A stretch of 64,000 nt of DNA. Origin: a virus (taxonomy: Duplodnaviria; Caudoviricetes). The translations under genes and the position numbers were made by a program. Where the stretch lies: positions 32,001-96,000 of the IMG/VR virus record IMGVR_UViG_3300030330_004701. The stretch is one strand, 5' to 3'. Below, one piece after another: positions 48,131-57,226 of this stretch. The notes under the pieces are model-generated. The model searched no databases, had not been told where the DNA came from, and saw nothing but the letters and a program-made list of their open reading frames with translations. Each line of letters starts with the position of its first letter. Positions within the stretch are counted from its first letter, which is position 1.

Positions 48131-49229
48131 AAAGTAACTCCTTCAACCGCCTTCCAACTCTCATGTTACTATAATTCTCTGCCTTAAGCTGGGCATCTGC
48201 ACAAATTAAATCATATTTTTCTTTATCGTTCTTATATGTTTCGTAAGCGACTCTCATGGCTGAGGCCAAATGTTCTATACTGGGTTCCATCCATTTTGTG
48301 TGAGATGTATACATATAGTCTAAAGAATCGGTGGCGTTATAGCAGGACTTTGCTTCAGACTCTACTTTCCATCCATGACAAAAGTCATCCATTCCTGTAT
48401 TGCCAGTGTAAATAACGGGCATGCCAATTGCCATAGATTCAAGGGCCGGTATGCACCAAGCTTCGCCAAAGCTAGGCATTACAAAACATTGACACTTTGA
48501 CATTAAAGACAGTAGGTGTCTATCTTCTAAGTGACCCGAAATAGCTATCTCTTTTTTGTACTTTGTTCTTATTTTCAGTTTTGACTTAACCGAATCAGAA
48601 AGCTGCTTAAATGCATTCAAAGTATCGTCACTGGATAAGCCTGACTTGCTTATTTTTAACATTAAGTTTACGGGTTCTGACGGATGAAATTCTGAATGAA
48701 AAGCCCTTAGTAAGCCTTCAATGTTTTTTCTATTTATCATTTCCCCCACAAAACAAAAGTTGAAACATCCATCGAATTCTGCAGCGCTGGCACAGTCTTC
48801 TATGTTCTTGTATTTTGCCAGATCTAGAGAGTGAGGCGCAACTTTTATGGGCACCTTTACCCCGCTTTTATGGCAAGCTTCAACCATTTGATTATTCGGA
48901 ACCCAAACTTCGTCCATCATATTTATGTGTTTCTGCCACATTGTTTCTGTAAAAGTAACAGTCTCAGTCACAAAGAAGCCAATGTTTTTTAGGTTGGAAT
49001 TATAACTATATAAAGGTGGTAACGTATGGTAGATACACGCATCGCAGTTAGCGTCACTTTTGCTTTCTAGTTCTGTAACTGTAGGATGTATATCCGCATG
49101 AGAATTATTAAAAGTTATAGCCCTTGGTACTACATCTACTCCAGCAGAGTGCAAAGCCAAAATATTATTTAGCGAAGCATAGCCCCAACCAGTTCTATCT
49201 TTATAGTTACCGATATAAAGTGTTTTCAT
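48123..49229 (-). CDS. GT4 glycosyltransferase
   Basis: TGWG, DEVWVP, RKNI, FVMPSFGEAWCIPALESMAIGMPVI. Confidence 0.9.
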   Translation of the reverse strand: MKTLYIGNYKDRTGWGYASLNNILALHSAGVDVVPRAITFNNSHADIHPTVTELESKSDANCDACIYHTLPPLYSYNSNLKNIGFFVTETVTFTETMWQKHINMMDEVWVPNNQMVEACHKSGVKVPIKVAPHSLDLAKYKNIEDCASAAEFDGCFNFCFVGEMINRKNIEGLLRAFHSEFHPSEPVNLMLKISKSGLSSDDTLNAFKQLSDSVKSKLKIRTKYKKEIAISGHLEDRHLLSLMSKCQCFVMPSFGEAWCIPALESMAIGMPVIYTGNTGMDDFCHGWKVESEAKSCYNATDSLDYMYTSHTKWMEPSIEHLASAMRVAYETYKNDKEKYDLICADAQLKAENYSNMRVGRRLKELLYE

Positions 49230-50880
49230 TTTTTAGCCTTTGTGTTCTGATTTTTTCCCATTCATTATGGGTGTGTCTCATTTTTGCCATGTATTCATAT
49301 GCTTGTTCAACATTGAAAGAAGCCCAAGACCTGATATCATTATTAGTATGTGATTCATTAAAATACCAGTCTACATTCGTATTTACGACAGTACATTTAT
49401 ACATCAAGTCCTTGAGCGTTCTTTTCCATTGGTAGTTCCCTATCCACTCAGGCTTCCTCAAAACTGAATCAAACAGGAAGTTGACCTGATCTTTCACAGT
49501 TAATCCATCCGGCATTTTAGGAGCAGGATCAAACAACCTTGGCGGAGAGTACCATGTCTCCGATGGGTCTTTTACGGGAGTTGAAGCATAGTAGTTCGCC
49601 CAAATCTCAGCAGTCTTGTCCCAATTGTATCTCTGTAAAGTTTTTTGTCTCATGCCAAAACCTAGCTGTTTGAGCTTTTCTTTGCGCATACCATATAGCT
49701 CAACAAATTTCAGTAGAGTAAAGTCGTTGTTGGGAATTGCTCTCTTGCATCCAGTTTCGCATTCTGTTTGGAGCGTCAAAAGAGGAATCTTAATTGCCCC
49801 AATATTGTCTCCAACAGAGTCCATTGCTGAGTATGAAACTGTCATAATAGGAACTCCAGACTGACTAGCTTCTAGCTGGGGCATTCCAAAACCTTCACTA
49901 TTTGCATACTGGACATAAACATCGAAAAGGTTATATACTTGTGCCAAATCCTCTTCTTCAATTTTGTTATTCACTCCAACAAGTTCGCTTTTAAACGAAT
50001 TGCATTGTCGGCAATGATTAAACGTGTCCTTGAAAAAGCACGGTTCAATATGCCCACAGTTTTTACATTTATAAGTAAACAACACTCTGTTTGTCAGGTC
50101 ATACTCTTGTAAAAGCTCTGGAATATCCCATCCAACATCTGGATAATATGTGTGACAGTACAAGAAGGCGTTTGAGGCTTTGGTAGTATCTAGAAACTCT
50201 CTAAAAGTTTTGAATAGATCTGGGTACAACTTACGTCTCTGGTTGCGCATTACTGTACCAAATATGAAAGAGTCTGCTGTCAGACCCAGAGATTCTTTAT
50301 GTGCTTCTTTATCTGGTACAGGAGAAAAATTTTGACTTGCGCAAGGAGATGCCACATCAATAAAGTTCAAATCTCTGCATTGATTTAGTAAAACATCTCT
50401 GCCGAATTCGGAATATGCAAACACTGCATCCGCAGTAGCGAAGGTGTCCAACCATTGTTTGTTTTGTGGGAATGCATCTACTGTAGGCATGATAGTCCAG
50501 CTGTAGAAGTCTCTATAGGTAGATCTTTGCTGAAATTCAAACATCCACCAATCCCTAATGTCCATCACGAAATCAGGCTTGAAGTCAAGCAAGACATGAT
50601 TAAAAGTATACTCGCCAAATTCATAAGTGGGAGATGATTTATACTCATTCCACTCAGGCGTGTTTCTTTCTGGTTGATTGCCGTAAATCTTCCAACCTTT
50701 AGCATTTTTCTTAACGGACTCATCACTAGCATAGCAAGCTAACTCTGCAACCTCAAACCGAGGGTCTGCGTGTAATCTAGTTAGTAGCTCTTTTGTGTAA
50801 ACAGAATATCCTGTTGGTAGGTAATGAGCTTCTGTACAAAAAAGTATTCTTTTAGGTCTCATATCTTTGTATCTTTCCAA
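49207..50880 (-). CDS. GT4 glycosyltransferase with an inserted Zn ribbon
   Basis: TGYS, MRNQRRK, YNLFDVYVQYANSEGFGMPQLEASQSGVP; CKNC...CRQC insertion. Confidence 0.88.
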   Translation of the reverse strand: MERYKDMRPKRILFCTEAHYLPTGYSVYTKELLTRLHADPRFEVAELACYASDESVKKNAKGWKIYGNQPERNTPEWNEYKSSPTYEFGEYTFNHVLLDFKPDFVMDIRDWWMFEFQQRSTYRDFYSWTIMPTVDAFPQNKQWLDTFATADAVFAYSEFGRDVLLNQCRDLNFIDVASPCASQNFSPVPDKEAHKESLGLTADSFIFGTVMRNQRRKLYPDLFKTFREFLDTTKASNAFLYCHTYYPDVGWDIPELLQEYDLTNRVLFTYKCKNCGHIEPCFFKDTFNHCRQCNSFKSELVGVNNKIEEEDLAQVYNLFDVYVQYANSEGFGMPQLEASQSGVPIMTVSYSAMDSVGDNIGAIKIPLLTLQTECETGCKRAIPNNDFTLLKFVELYGMRKEKLKQLGFGMRQKTLQRYNWDKTAEIWANYYASTPVKDPSETWYSPPRLFDPAPKMPDGLTVKDQVNFLFDSVLRKPEWIGNYQWKRTLKDLMYKCTVVNTNVDWYFNESHTNNDIRSWASFNVEQAYEYMAKMRHTHNEWEKIRTQRLKNENTLYR

Positions 50881-51334
50881 CTCCAGAATAAAACAAATTA
50901 TAATATTCTTTTTTAGTCAGTGTTAGCATGTCGCATATCTCTTTTCTACTGAATCCTTGTGATTTCATATCTAGGATGAAAGACTCAGCGGGCAAAAGCC
51001 TGCTTGCGCAAGACGCTAGTACATTCTTGAAATCATTAACATAGGATTTGTCATCATAGCTAACAGTCACTGTAGAATTAGTAACATTGTTATTTTGCCA
51101 CCTTAATTCTTTTCTTAGGAATCTGTTGAGGTTATTCTTAACACAGGAAAAAATATAGGGTCGCAGAGGCCCAATGTTGGAGTCAAAGCTGCTGACAGCC
51201 TTAAAATACCCAACAAAAGCTACTTGCAATAAGTCTTCAAATTCAAAGGAATTGGCACAACCTCCAAACTGAACGACCAAAGAGATTATAATGTCAAAAT
51301 TCTCTTCGATACTAACAGGATCACTCTGTGTCAT
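50852..51334 (-). CDS. Sigma-70 family sigma factor (regions 2 and 4)
   Basis: EDLLQVAFVGYFKAVSSFD...YIFSCVKNNL (region 2); GFSRKEICDML HTH; likely start MTQSDP at 51334. Confidence 0.75.
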   Translation of the reverse strand: MTQSDPVSIEENFDIIISLVVQFGGCANSFEFEDLLQVAFVGYFKAVSSFDSNIGPLRPYIFSCVKNNLNRFLRKELRWQNNNVTNSTVTVSYDDKSYVNDFKNVLASCASRLLPAESFILDMKSQGFSRKEICDMLTLTKKEYYNLFYSGVGKIQRYET

Positions 51335-51659
51335 CTGTGTCTCTGTCTTTAAAGACTCTAAAATTTTGAACTCTGAAAGCAACCTTTTGTCTTGGTTGAC
51401 CGTTTGAATCATTCCATTTTTCCTGTCTAGCCACAGCATTAACAGCGATCATGTCGCCTTTGCTACATAGTTTATGTATAGTAAGAGCTCCACTATCCCA
51501 AGCAGAAAAGTCAAAAAAATCAACGCGCTTTACCTTGTTTCCGTTCTTATCTTTCCTGTGCTCCTCGATAGCGAGCGAAAAAGTTGCCAGCTTCGTGCTA
51601 CCAACATCTTTTATTACTGGGTCTGCAGTCAGCCTACCCACAAATGTACAATTATTCAT
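51321..51659 (-). CDS. ssb: Single-stranded DNA-binding protein
   Basis: MNNCTFVGRLTADP, FSLAI, DFFDFSAW, KGD; short acidic tail. Confidence 0.9.
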   Translation of the reverse strand: MNNCTFVGRLTADPVIKDVGSTKLATFSLAIEEHRKDKNGNKVKRVDFFDFSAWDSGALTIHKLCSKGDMIAVNAVARQEKWNDSNGQPRQKVAFRVQNFRVFKDRDTDDTE

Positions 51660-51695
51660 AAATATACTCCAAATACAATATATTTTAACTATAAG

Positions 51696-53258
51696 TTAAG
51701 CTTGAGACACTTTGTTTATAATTAAACTTGTATCTTTTTTCTTAGAAACCTGACCCATAACTATAACAGTATTACCTTCATATAGCAACTGCTTGTTTTC
51801 CTCATATGCATCTGGAAAGACTATTGCCGAATCCAAACAGGCAGTCGAATCTTCAACAGATAGAAATGCCATAATTTGACCGGGATTTTTGCCGTTCTTT
51901 GTTTTGTATTCACGTAAGGAATTTATATGAACTGCAACATTAACACTTCCAGTCTTGCCTTGAGCTATCTCTTTGCAGGTAGTATTAACCAAAGAACTTT
52001 GGACTGCATCAGTCTTTGAATAACTTAACGAAGTGCCCAAGTACTTAATCTCTAGATCTGCAATCTGCTCTGGATGATCTACAAGTTCAAACGGAGGTGA
52101 TTCTGCTACATTTCTAAGATCAAAAACCTTCACGAGCCTGCGAGAGGTAATCTTAAGATTATTTATCATATTATCTAAAGACTGCACAAAGTTATGACTT
52201 GAGTCGTAGTTTTCTTGAAGCCAAGTTCTTTCTCTAGCAGATAAGTCTTTGTAGCTTTTATATTCATAGAGCATCTGGTTTCTGTGCATGCGGTTCTTAG
52301 TTCCATTAAAAGCACCAACATTTATCAGAGACTCCATTGATGTCTTGTTGATTCTTGCTCCTAAGTTGAACAGTACGTCAGACCAAGTAAATTCAGTAAA
52401 TGGCTTTTCGAGACTTTCTTCAAGCTCAGGTATTGCTTCCAGTAATTTTACAGTTTCAGAACTACCAACACCTTTTACATTATTAACACCGAAGTATATC
52501 TTATTGTCAGATATAGTAAAGTTGTTGAAGAACTTACCTAGTCTTGGTGGCATCACTTCAATATCATAAAGTTTGGCGTCTGATACTAATTCTCTAACCT
52601 CTGTATGTGGATCAGGTTTTCTGTCTGCATGTCCGAGGTAAGCCTCAAAAAACTCAATCTTGCGATGAACCTTGCAATACGCACTCCTATAGGCGTTAAC
52701 AGCGTAAGAGACAGCATGAGATTTATTGAAAGCATATCTGTTAGACTTTTCAATCCAACCAAAGATTTCTTCGGCAGTCTCTTTCTCTAGACCTCCAACA
52801 GAAATAGCACCGTCAATAAAAGATCCTTTGATCTGATTCATAAGGTCAGCTTTTTTCTTTCCGATAGCTTTACGAAGACTGTCCGCCTCTTTGAGGTCAA
52901 AGCCCGCCAGTTGCTGAGCAATCTTCATGGACTGCTCCTGATAAACAAGAACTCCGTAAGTTTCTTTTAGAATCGGCTCAAGACTCTCATGTAGATACTT
53001 AACCTCATCAATGCCAGCTTTACGGTCAACATAATGCTGAGTCATTGACTTGCCTTCAGTGAAAGCCTTTAAACATCCGGGCCTAATTAGAGAGATAAGC
53101 GCAGCTAGTTCTTCTATGCTTCTAGGCTGAACTCTTTTCGCCCAAGATCTACCTAGCTGTGACTCTAGCTGAAAGACACCCTTTGTCTGCCCTTCGCAAA
53201 TTAAATCCCAAACACCAGAGTCATTATAGTTGTCAATATTAAACGTAGAATTCTCCAT
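51696..53258 (-). CDS. dnaE: DNA polymerase III alpha, C-terminal part (fingers, HhH, OB)
   Basis: GVFQLES, LIRPG, ETYGVLVYQEQ, ADSLRKAIGKKK, YAFNKSHAVSY, MAFLSVED OB fold. Confidence 0.93.
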   Translation of the reverse strand: MENSTFNIDNYNDSGVWDLICEGQTKGVFQLESQLGRSWAKRVQPRSIEELAALISLIRPGCLKAFTEGKSMTQHYVDRKAGIDEVKYLHESLEPILKETYGVLVYQEQSMKIAQQLAGFDLKEADSLRKAIGKKKADLMNQIKGSFIDGAISVGGLEKETAEEIFGWIEKSNRYAFNKSHAVSYAVNAYRSAYCKVHRKIEFFEAYLGHADRKPDPHTEVRELVSDAKLYDIEVMPPRLGKFFNNFTISDNKIYFGVNNVKGVGSSETVKLLEAIPELEESLEKPFTEFTWSDVLFNLGARINKTSMESLINVGAFNGTKNRMHRNQMLYEYKSYKDLSARERTWLQENYDSSHNFVQSLDNMINNLKITSRRLVKVFDLRNVAESPPFELVDHPEQIADLEIKYLGTSLSYSKTDAVQSSLVNTTCKEIAQGKTGSVNVAVHINSLREYKTKNGKNPGQIMAFLSVEDSTACLDSAIVFPDAYEENKQLLYEGNTVIVMGQVSKKKDTSLIINKVSQA

Positions 53259-53928
53259 TCGCAAACGCCTTTTCAAATTTAGTCTTCTGTGAAATGTTCC
53301 GCTGGAACTTCAAAAATTTAATCAATATATTAGCTGTGTCCTTCACATCCTGCAAGGCATCGTGAGCGTTTTGTTTGCTCTCTTCTGGAAAGCCCATATA
53401 CTCACGCAAGAAGTCCATACTAAGGCTCTTAAAGTCTTTGTTGTTCTCAGTCCAAGAGAAAACGATGTCCATCAAGTCTAACTTAAAGATAGGATTGAAT
53501 ACAGTCTGACGACCTCTAGCATCGGTTGTGCCGTGCATATCACACATACGCTGAACAATCGGAAGGTCAAACCCAATGATGTTGTAGCCAGCTGCGATAG
53601 GGGCAGTGTAAGAGCTTTTCTTAAAGTTAAATTGCATACAGAAATCTTCAAACTTCTTCCATACAGTCTTTGGTAGCGGAGCTTTTGCCAATGCTTCTCT
53701 GGTCTTACCTGTAATCTTCAATGCCTCTTCCTCTAAAGGATCAAAGCCAGCCTCAATTGCCTTCTTATCGTCAAGAATAGGGCGAATCTCACTATTGAAA
53801 ATGCCATTAGGTTGGATGGTTAGTTTTCTCCCATGCAAAGCAATAGCCGCAATTTGTGTCGGCTGTGTCTTGTGAGGATTCCTAGATCCTGTTTCAAAGT
53901 CAAATACAATTATGTCTCTATAATTCAT
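53239..53928 (-). CDS. DEDDh 3'-5' exonuclease (DnaQ/epsilon-like)
   Basis: ExoI FDFETG, ExoII GYNIIGFD, ExoIII AHDALQD. Confidence 0.9.
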   Translation of the reverse strand: MNYRDIIVFDFETGSRNPHKTQPTQIAAIALHGRKLTIQPNGIFNSEIRPILDDKKAIEAGFDPLEEEALKITGKTREALAKAPLPKTVWKKFEDFCMQFNFKKSSYTAPIAAGYNIIGFDLPIVQRMCDMHGTTDARGRQTVFNPIFKLDLMDIVFSWTENNKDFKSLSMDFLREYMGFPEESKQNAHDALQDVKDTANILIKFLKFQRNISQKTKFEKAFANGEFYV

Positions 53929-54152
53929 CTAACAACACCTTTCAGTTCAACAAACTTATCAACTGCATCATCAATACTATAAAATAATTTACTGTACAAC
54001 TTCTTCTTATTGTCCGAGTGTACTTGGTAAACTCCATTAGCTTTTCCACGATATTGAGGCAGAAAGTGTCTCAAGTCGCAAAGACTAACATTTCTATACT
54101 CAATAGCGCAACCAGAAAAAACAACAGATTTGTAATCTTCTTTAGTGCTCAT
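53925..54152 (-). CDS. Small hypothetical protein
   Basis: 75 aa; overlaps both neighbours and fills the gap. Confidence 0.6.
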   Translation of the reverse strand: MSTKEDYKSVVFSGCAIEYRNVSLCDLRHFLPQYRGKANGVYQVHSDNKKKLYSKLFYSIDDAVDKFVELKGVVR

Positions 54153-55722
54153 CTTTAATCTCCATAATTTTACTTAGTAGGTCAATGCCTAGAATATCAA
54201 ATTTAACGTGACCTTGATCCTCAAGGTCTCCCATTTCAAAACCAGCAACAAGATTCTTGTTTCTGTCTTGAACCATCGGGCAAACCTCTCTCAGTTTATT
54301 AGCAGAAATAATAACTCCTGCTGCGTGCTTGCCCTGTGATTTAATTGTACCTTCAATGTCAATAGCTTGCTCAAAGATTTCCGCTAAAGGCCCGATTAAA
54401 TCTCCTTCTTGATTTACCTTACACCACTTGACTAAGTCGCTAGGTTGGTAGAGTAGTGTCCATCTAATGAGAGACTTTTCTCCACTTTCTTCAATCAGGT
54501 CAGACACATCTGCTTCATTAGGAATATTCTTTGTTATATCATTCATCTCAGCAAAGGACACAGCGTTTGTGATGCGCATGATTTCTTTCAGCGCAGCTCG
54601 CCCTTGCAGTTTATTAAATGTCAACATCTGGGAGACATTATCTTCGCCGTATTTTGACTTAATATATGCGATAACGTCATCTCGCTTTTCCGCTGGAACA
54701 TCAACATCAATATCAGGCAAAGATACGTGATCTTCAGTATTACGTCCTGCATTGTAGAATCTTTCAAAGATCAAGTCATACTCAATAGGATCAATCTCTG
54801 TGATACCGATTAAATATGAGATCAAACATCCGGCAGCAGACCCTCGTCCGGGTCCCGGCAACCAGCCTTGTTCTCTAACATAGTTTACAATATCTTGAAC
54901 AATCAAGAAATAACCAGACAGATCTGCTTCAAAAATAACATCCATCTCGTTCTTGATTCTATCGAGATATTCCTGCTTTACACCCTCATCGTCAACCTTG
55001 CCCGTCTCGGCAAGCAAGGTTCGCCAGCCATCTCTACATAACTGTTTCAGGTATTCATCTTCATCGTACCCTTCTGGGCAATCGAATTTAGGTAGCATTG
55101 GTTTACCAAGAACATTATATTCTTCGCATTGCGCTGCAATGTCAGCAACTTTATCTATCAAATCACTACCATAGGCTGATTGGGCTTCATTTGGCGACAA
55201 CATATAATACTTGTCAGAGTCAAAGAATCCTTTGAGTTTTTTGAACCCGTCCTGTTTTAGCCTCTCTTTTGACTTAGCCATTGTAGTCTTCATTCCAGAA
55301 CACAGGAGTATCCTATGTAGCTCCGCATCTTTTGTTTCAGCATAGTAACTAGGCTGTTGCTTTAGCTTATCAATGCAAATCAAATTTTCACTGTGAGATT
55401 TTAATAGCTTGTAAACAACATCATCGCTATACGAGTTTTTCTTAGAAACTAAGTCAATCAGGTCAAACCATCCAGCTTTGTTTTTAGCCAAGAGAGTAGT
55501 TGGCTTATGACTTTCAAATTCAAATGTACAGCCAATGATAGGCTTAATGTCATTCTTCTTGCAAGTTTTGTAAAAGGCTACAGCACCAGAGATAGTATTT
55601 ATATCAGTGATAGCGCAAGACTTGTAACCAAACTCTTTGCATTTAGCCACGAGCTGTTCTGGTTTAGAATAGCCTCTCTGCAAACTAAAGTGCGTCTTAT
55701 TGTTCAGTGGAATCCAATTCAT
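54142..55722 (-). CDS. dnaE: DNA polymerase III alpha, N-terminal part (degenerate PHP, palm, thumb)
   Basis: YFLIVQD, GPGRGSAAG, LIFERF, PDIDVD, HAAGVII, KFDILG. Confidence 0.93.
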   Translation of the reverse strand: MNWIPLNNKTHFSLQRGYSKPEQLVAKCKEFGYKSCAITDINTISGAVAFYKTCKKNDIKPIIGCTFEFESHKPTTLLAKNKAGWFDLIDLVSKKNSYSDDVVYKLLKSHSENLICIDKLKQQPSYYAETKDAELHRILLCSGMKTTMAKSKERLKQDGFKKLKGFFDSDKYYMLSPNEAQSAYGSDLIDKVADIAAQCEEYNVLGKPMLPKFDCPEGYDEDEYLKQLCRDGWRTLLAETGKVDDEGVKQEYLDRIKNEMDVIFEADLSGYFLIVQDIVNYVREQGWLPGPGRGSAAGCLISYLIGITEIDPIEYDLIFERFYNAGRNTEDHVSLPDIDVDVPAEKRDDVIAYIKSKYGEDNVSQMLTFNKLQGRAALKEIMRITNAVSFAEMNDITKNIPNEADVSDLIEESGEKSLIRWTLLYQPSDLVKWCKVNQEGDLIGPLAEIFEQAIDIEGTIKSQGKHAAGVIISANKLREVCPMVQDRNKNLVAGFEMGDLEDQGHVKFDILGIDLLSKIMEIKDEH

Positions 55723-56212
55723 TACAGTCCTCAAATTTATTCAATTCTGAAATAGCAACATTGTGACAATCTGCTCGAACTATGAAGCCATTAGATGGAT
55801 CTTTCTGGCCTTTTGTAAGTTTGCGAGCTTTCTTAAAATAATCATCGTGAGTCAACCAACCTAAGACCCACGCTCTTCCCCATCTTCTATTTTTATTTTC
55901 AATTCTAACAAAAACATATCTATCGCATTTTTGTTTTGTATTAAAGTTGGCGACTGAGCAATCATAGAAAGGTTTAGGTGGAGAAGTGCACCTTTTTGTT
56001 TTTACGTCATACTTAGTTCCGTCCTTTGCAACTAAGTCGTAATCATAAGTGTTATTAATTGTACCACCTATAACAACATTTGCAACCTCTTCTCCTAAAA
56101 ACCCAGCAATATTTCCATCGCCCTTCATGATGGAGTTTTTGATAACTCCCATCTCTCTGGACTTTGCCCATGCTCGTTTCTTCATATCTTCTGTAATTTT
56201 TACTTCAATCAT
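55697..56212 (-). CDS. Putative PD-(D/E)xK-fold nuclease
   Basis: GFLGE...YDYD...YDVKTK motif. Confidence 0.55.
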   Translation of the reverse strand: MIEVKITEDMKKRAWAKSREMGVIKNSIMKGDGNIAGFLGEEVANVVIGGTINNTYDYDLVAKDGTKYDVKTKRCTSPPKPFYDCSVANFNTKQKCDRYVFVRIENKNRRWGRAWVLGWLTHDDYFKKARKLTKGQKDPSNGFIVRADCHNVAISELNKFEDCNELDSTEQ

Positions 56213-57225
56213 TATCCGGGAGCCTCATAATATCCAACATCGAAACCTTCTCTTGTGCAATTTTGTATTGTATCTAGCATACCAAATTGGTCTAGGTGAT
56301 TACTGACATGACGACACATACTTTCATCAGTTCCGGGCCAATCTTTCTTACAGAAGTCACAGAGTTTTTGACACTTCCAGTGAGATTGATTTCTTGACAA
56401 CATTCTTGGTCTAGTTGTCTTTTTGATTTCTTGAAATCTGTCTTTTAGCATACCAAGAAACTTTTGTCTATCAGACTCTTCAAAGCAAATACTGAACGGA
56501 CCTCCATCCCTAATAAAGTATATCGACATAATTGCGTCATCATATTCAGGGAAAAGCTTAGAAATAGCATAATGATAAAGCATTAACTGTGGGTCTTTGC
56601 AGAGCTTCTCGTATGTTTTTTCTTCTCCTGTAGCCCAGTTCAATCTACGCCCAGTCTTCCAGTCAATTACTTCGATAACACCATCTGACACTTCTGTCAC
56701 TAAGTCAATAGTGCCTTTAATCGCAAGCCTACCTTCGACCTTGCTTCCATCAGGCATATCGTATTCATACTTCGCCCAGTCTTCTTCAATAGGAATATCA
56801 AACTGTGGTTCTGCTGCAACGATATTTCTCTTGCGTGGATCAAAGTTGCCATCGTCATAACTTAGTGCTTCCCAAGTAAGCTTGTCGCAAAACTTGTAGT
56901 CGGCATTGGTATAGTGATGAGTGCAGGGCACAGTATAATGGTCGTAGCTGCGCTTAAGGATTTCGTTTACAAATTTCTTTGTTCCGAGTCTACGTTTAGT
57001 AAACTCGACCTCTCCGATAGCGTCATCCTCAAGCAACAGCTCGTCACCGTCTTGTAATAACTTCTTACAGCCAGCTAGAACTTCCATCACTTTATGGACT
57101 ACAGTGCCAAGCTGGGCCTTCTTGCCAGATACAGTACTATGCCCTAATACGTAGGTCATGAAGTATTGCATTTGACAATATTCAAAATTGTTATAGCTAG
57201 AACTTCTTATATATGTAACTAACAT
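56212..57225 (-). CDS. Cas4/RecB-like PD-(D/E)xK exonuclease
   Basis: SSS...C, GTVVH, KGTIDLV, IDWKTG, QLMLY, and C-terminal CQKLCDF...C cluster ligands. Confidence 0.85.
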   Translation of the reverse strand: MLVTYIRSSSYNNFEYCQMQYFMTYVLGHSTVSGKKAQLGTVVHKVMEVLAGCKKLLQDGDELLLEDDAIGEVEFTKRRLGTKKFVNEILKRSYDHYTVPCTHHYTNADYKFCDKLTWEALSYDDGNFDPRKRNIVAAEPQFDIPIEEDWAKYEYDMPDGSKVEGRLAIKGTIDLVTEVSDGVIEVIDWKTGRRLNWATGEEKTYEKLCKDPQLMLYHYAISKLFPEYDDAIMSIYFIRDGGPFSICFEESDRQKFLGMLKDRFQEIKKTTRPRMLSRNQSHWKCQKLCDFCKKDWPGTDESMCRHVSNHLDQFGMLDTIQNCTREGFDVGYYEAPG

Positions 57226-57226
57226 A

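Noticed and set aside
32684-50880. DNA hypermodification (T4-like base glycosylation) as the role of the GT island
   Set aside because: No hydroxymethylase, TET/JBP or modified-nucleotide synthase was recognised in this window. A normal dUTPase is present and CCWGG appears avoided. Not fully excluded for individual GTs, because the rest of the genome is unseen.
33150-50880. Bacterial O-antigen locus misassembled into the phage contig
   Set aside because: The genes overlap continuously with phage genes at both ends, lack export/polymerase genes, and share the Pro-Gly codon bias of the phage modules.
53239-54152. Split intein or self-splicing intron between the dnaE halves
   Set aside because: There is no Cys/Ser-initiated N-intein tail and no HN-C/S/T junction. 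The gap is fully occupied by two overlapping ORFs, leaving no room for a structured intron.
56212-57225. Cas4 as part of a CRISPR system
   Set aside because: No cas1/cas2 or array is nearby; stand-alone Cas4-like exonucleases are common in phage replication modules.
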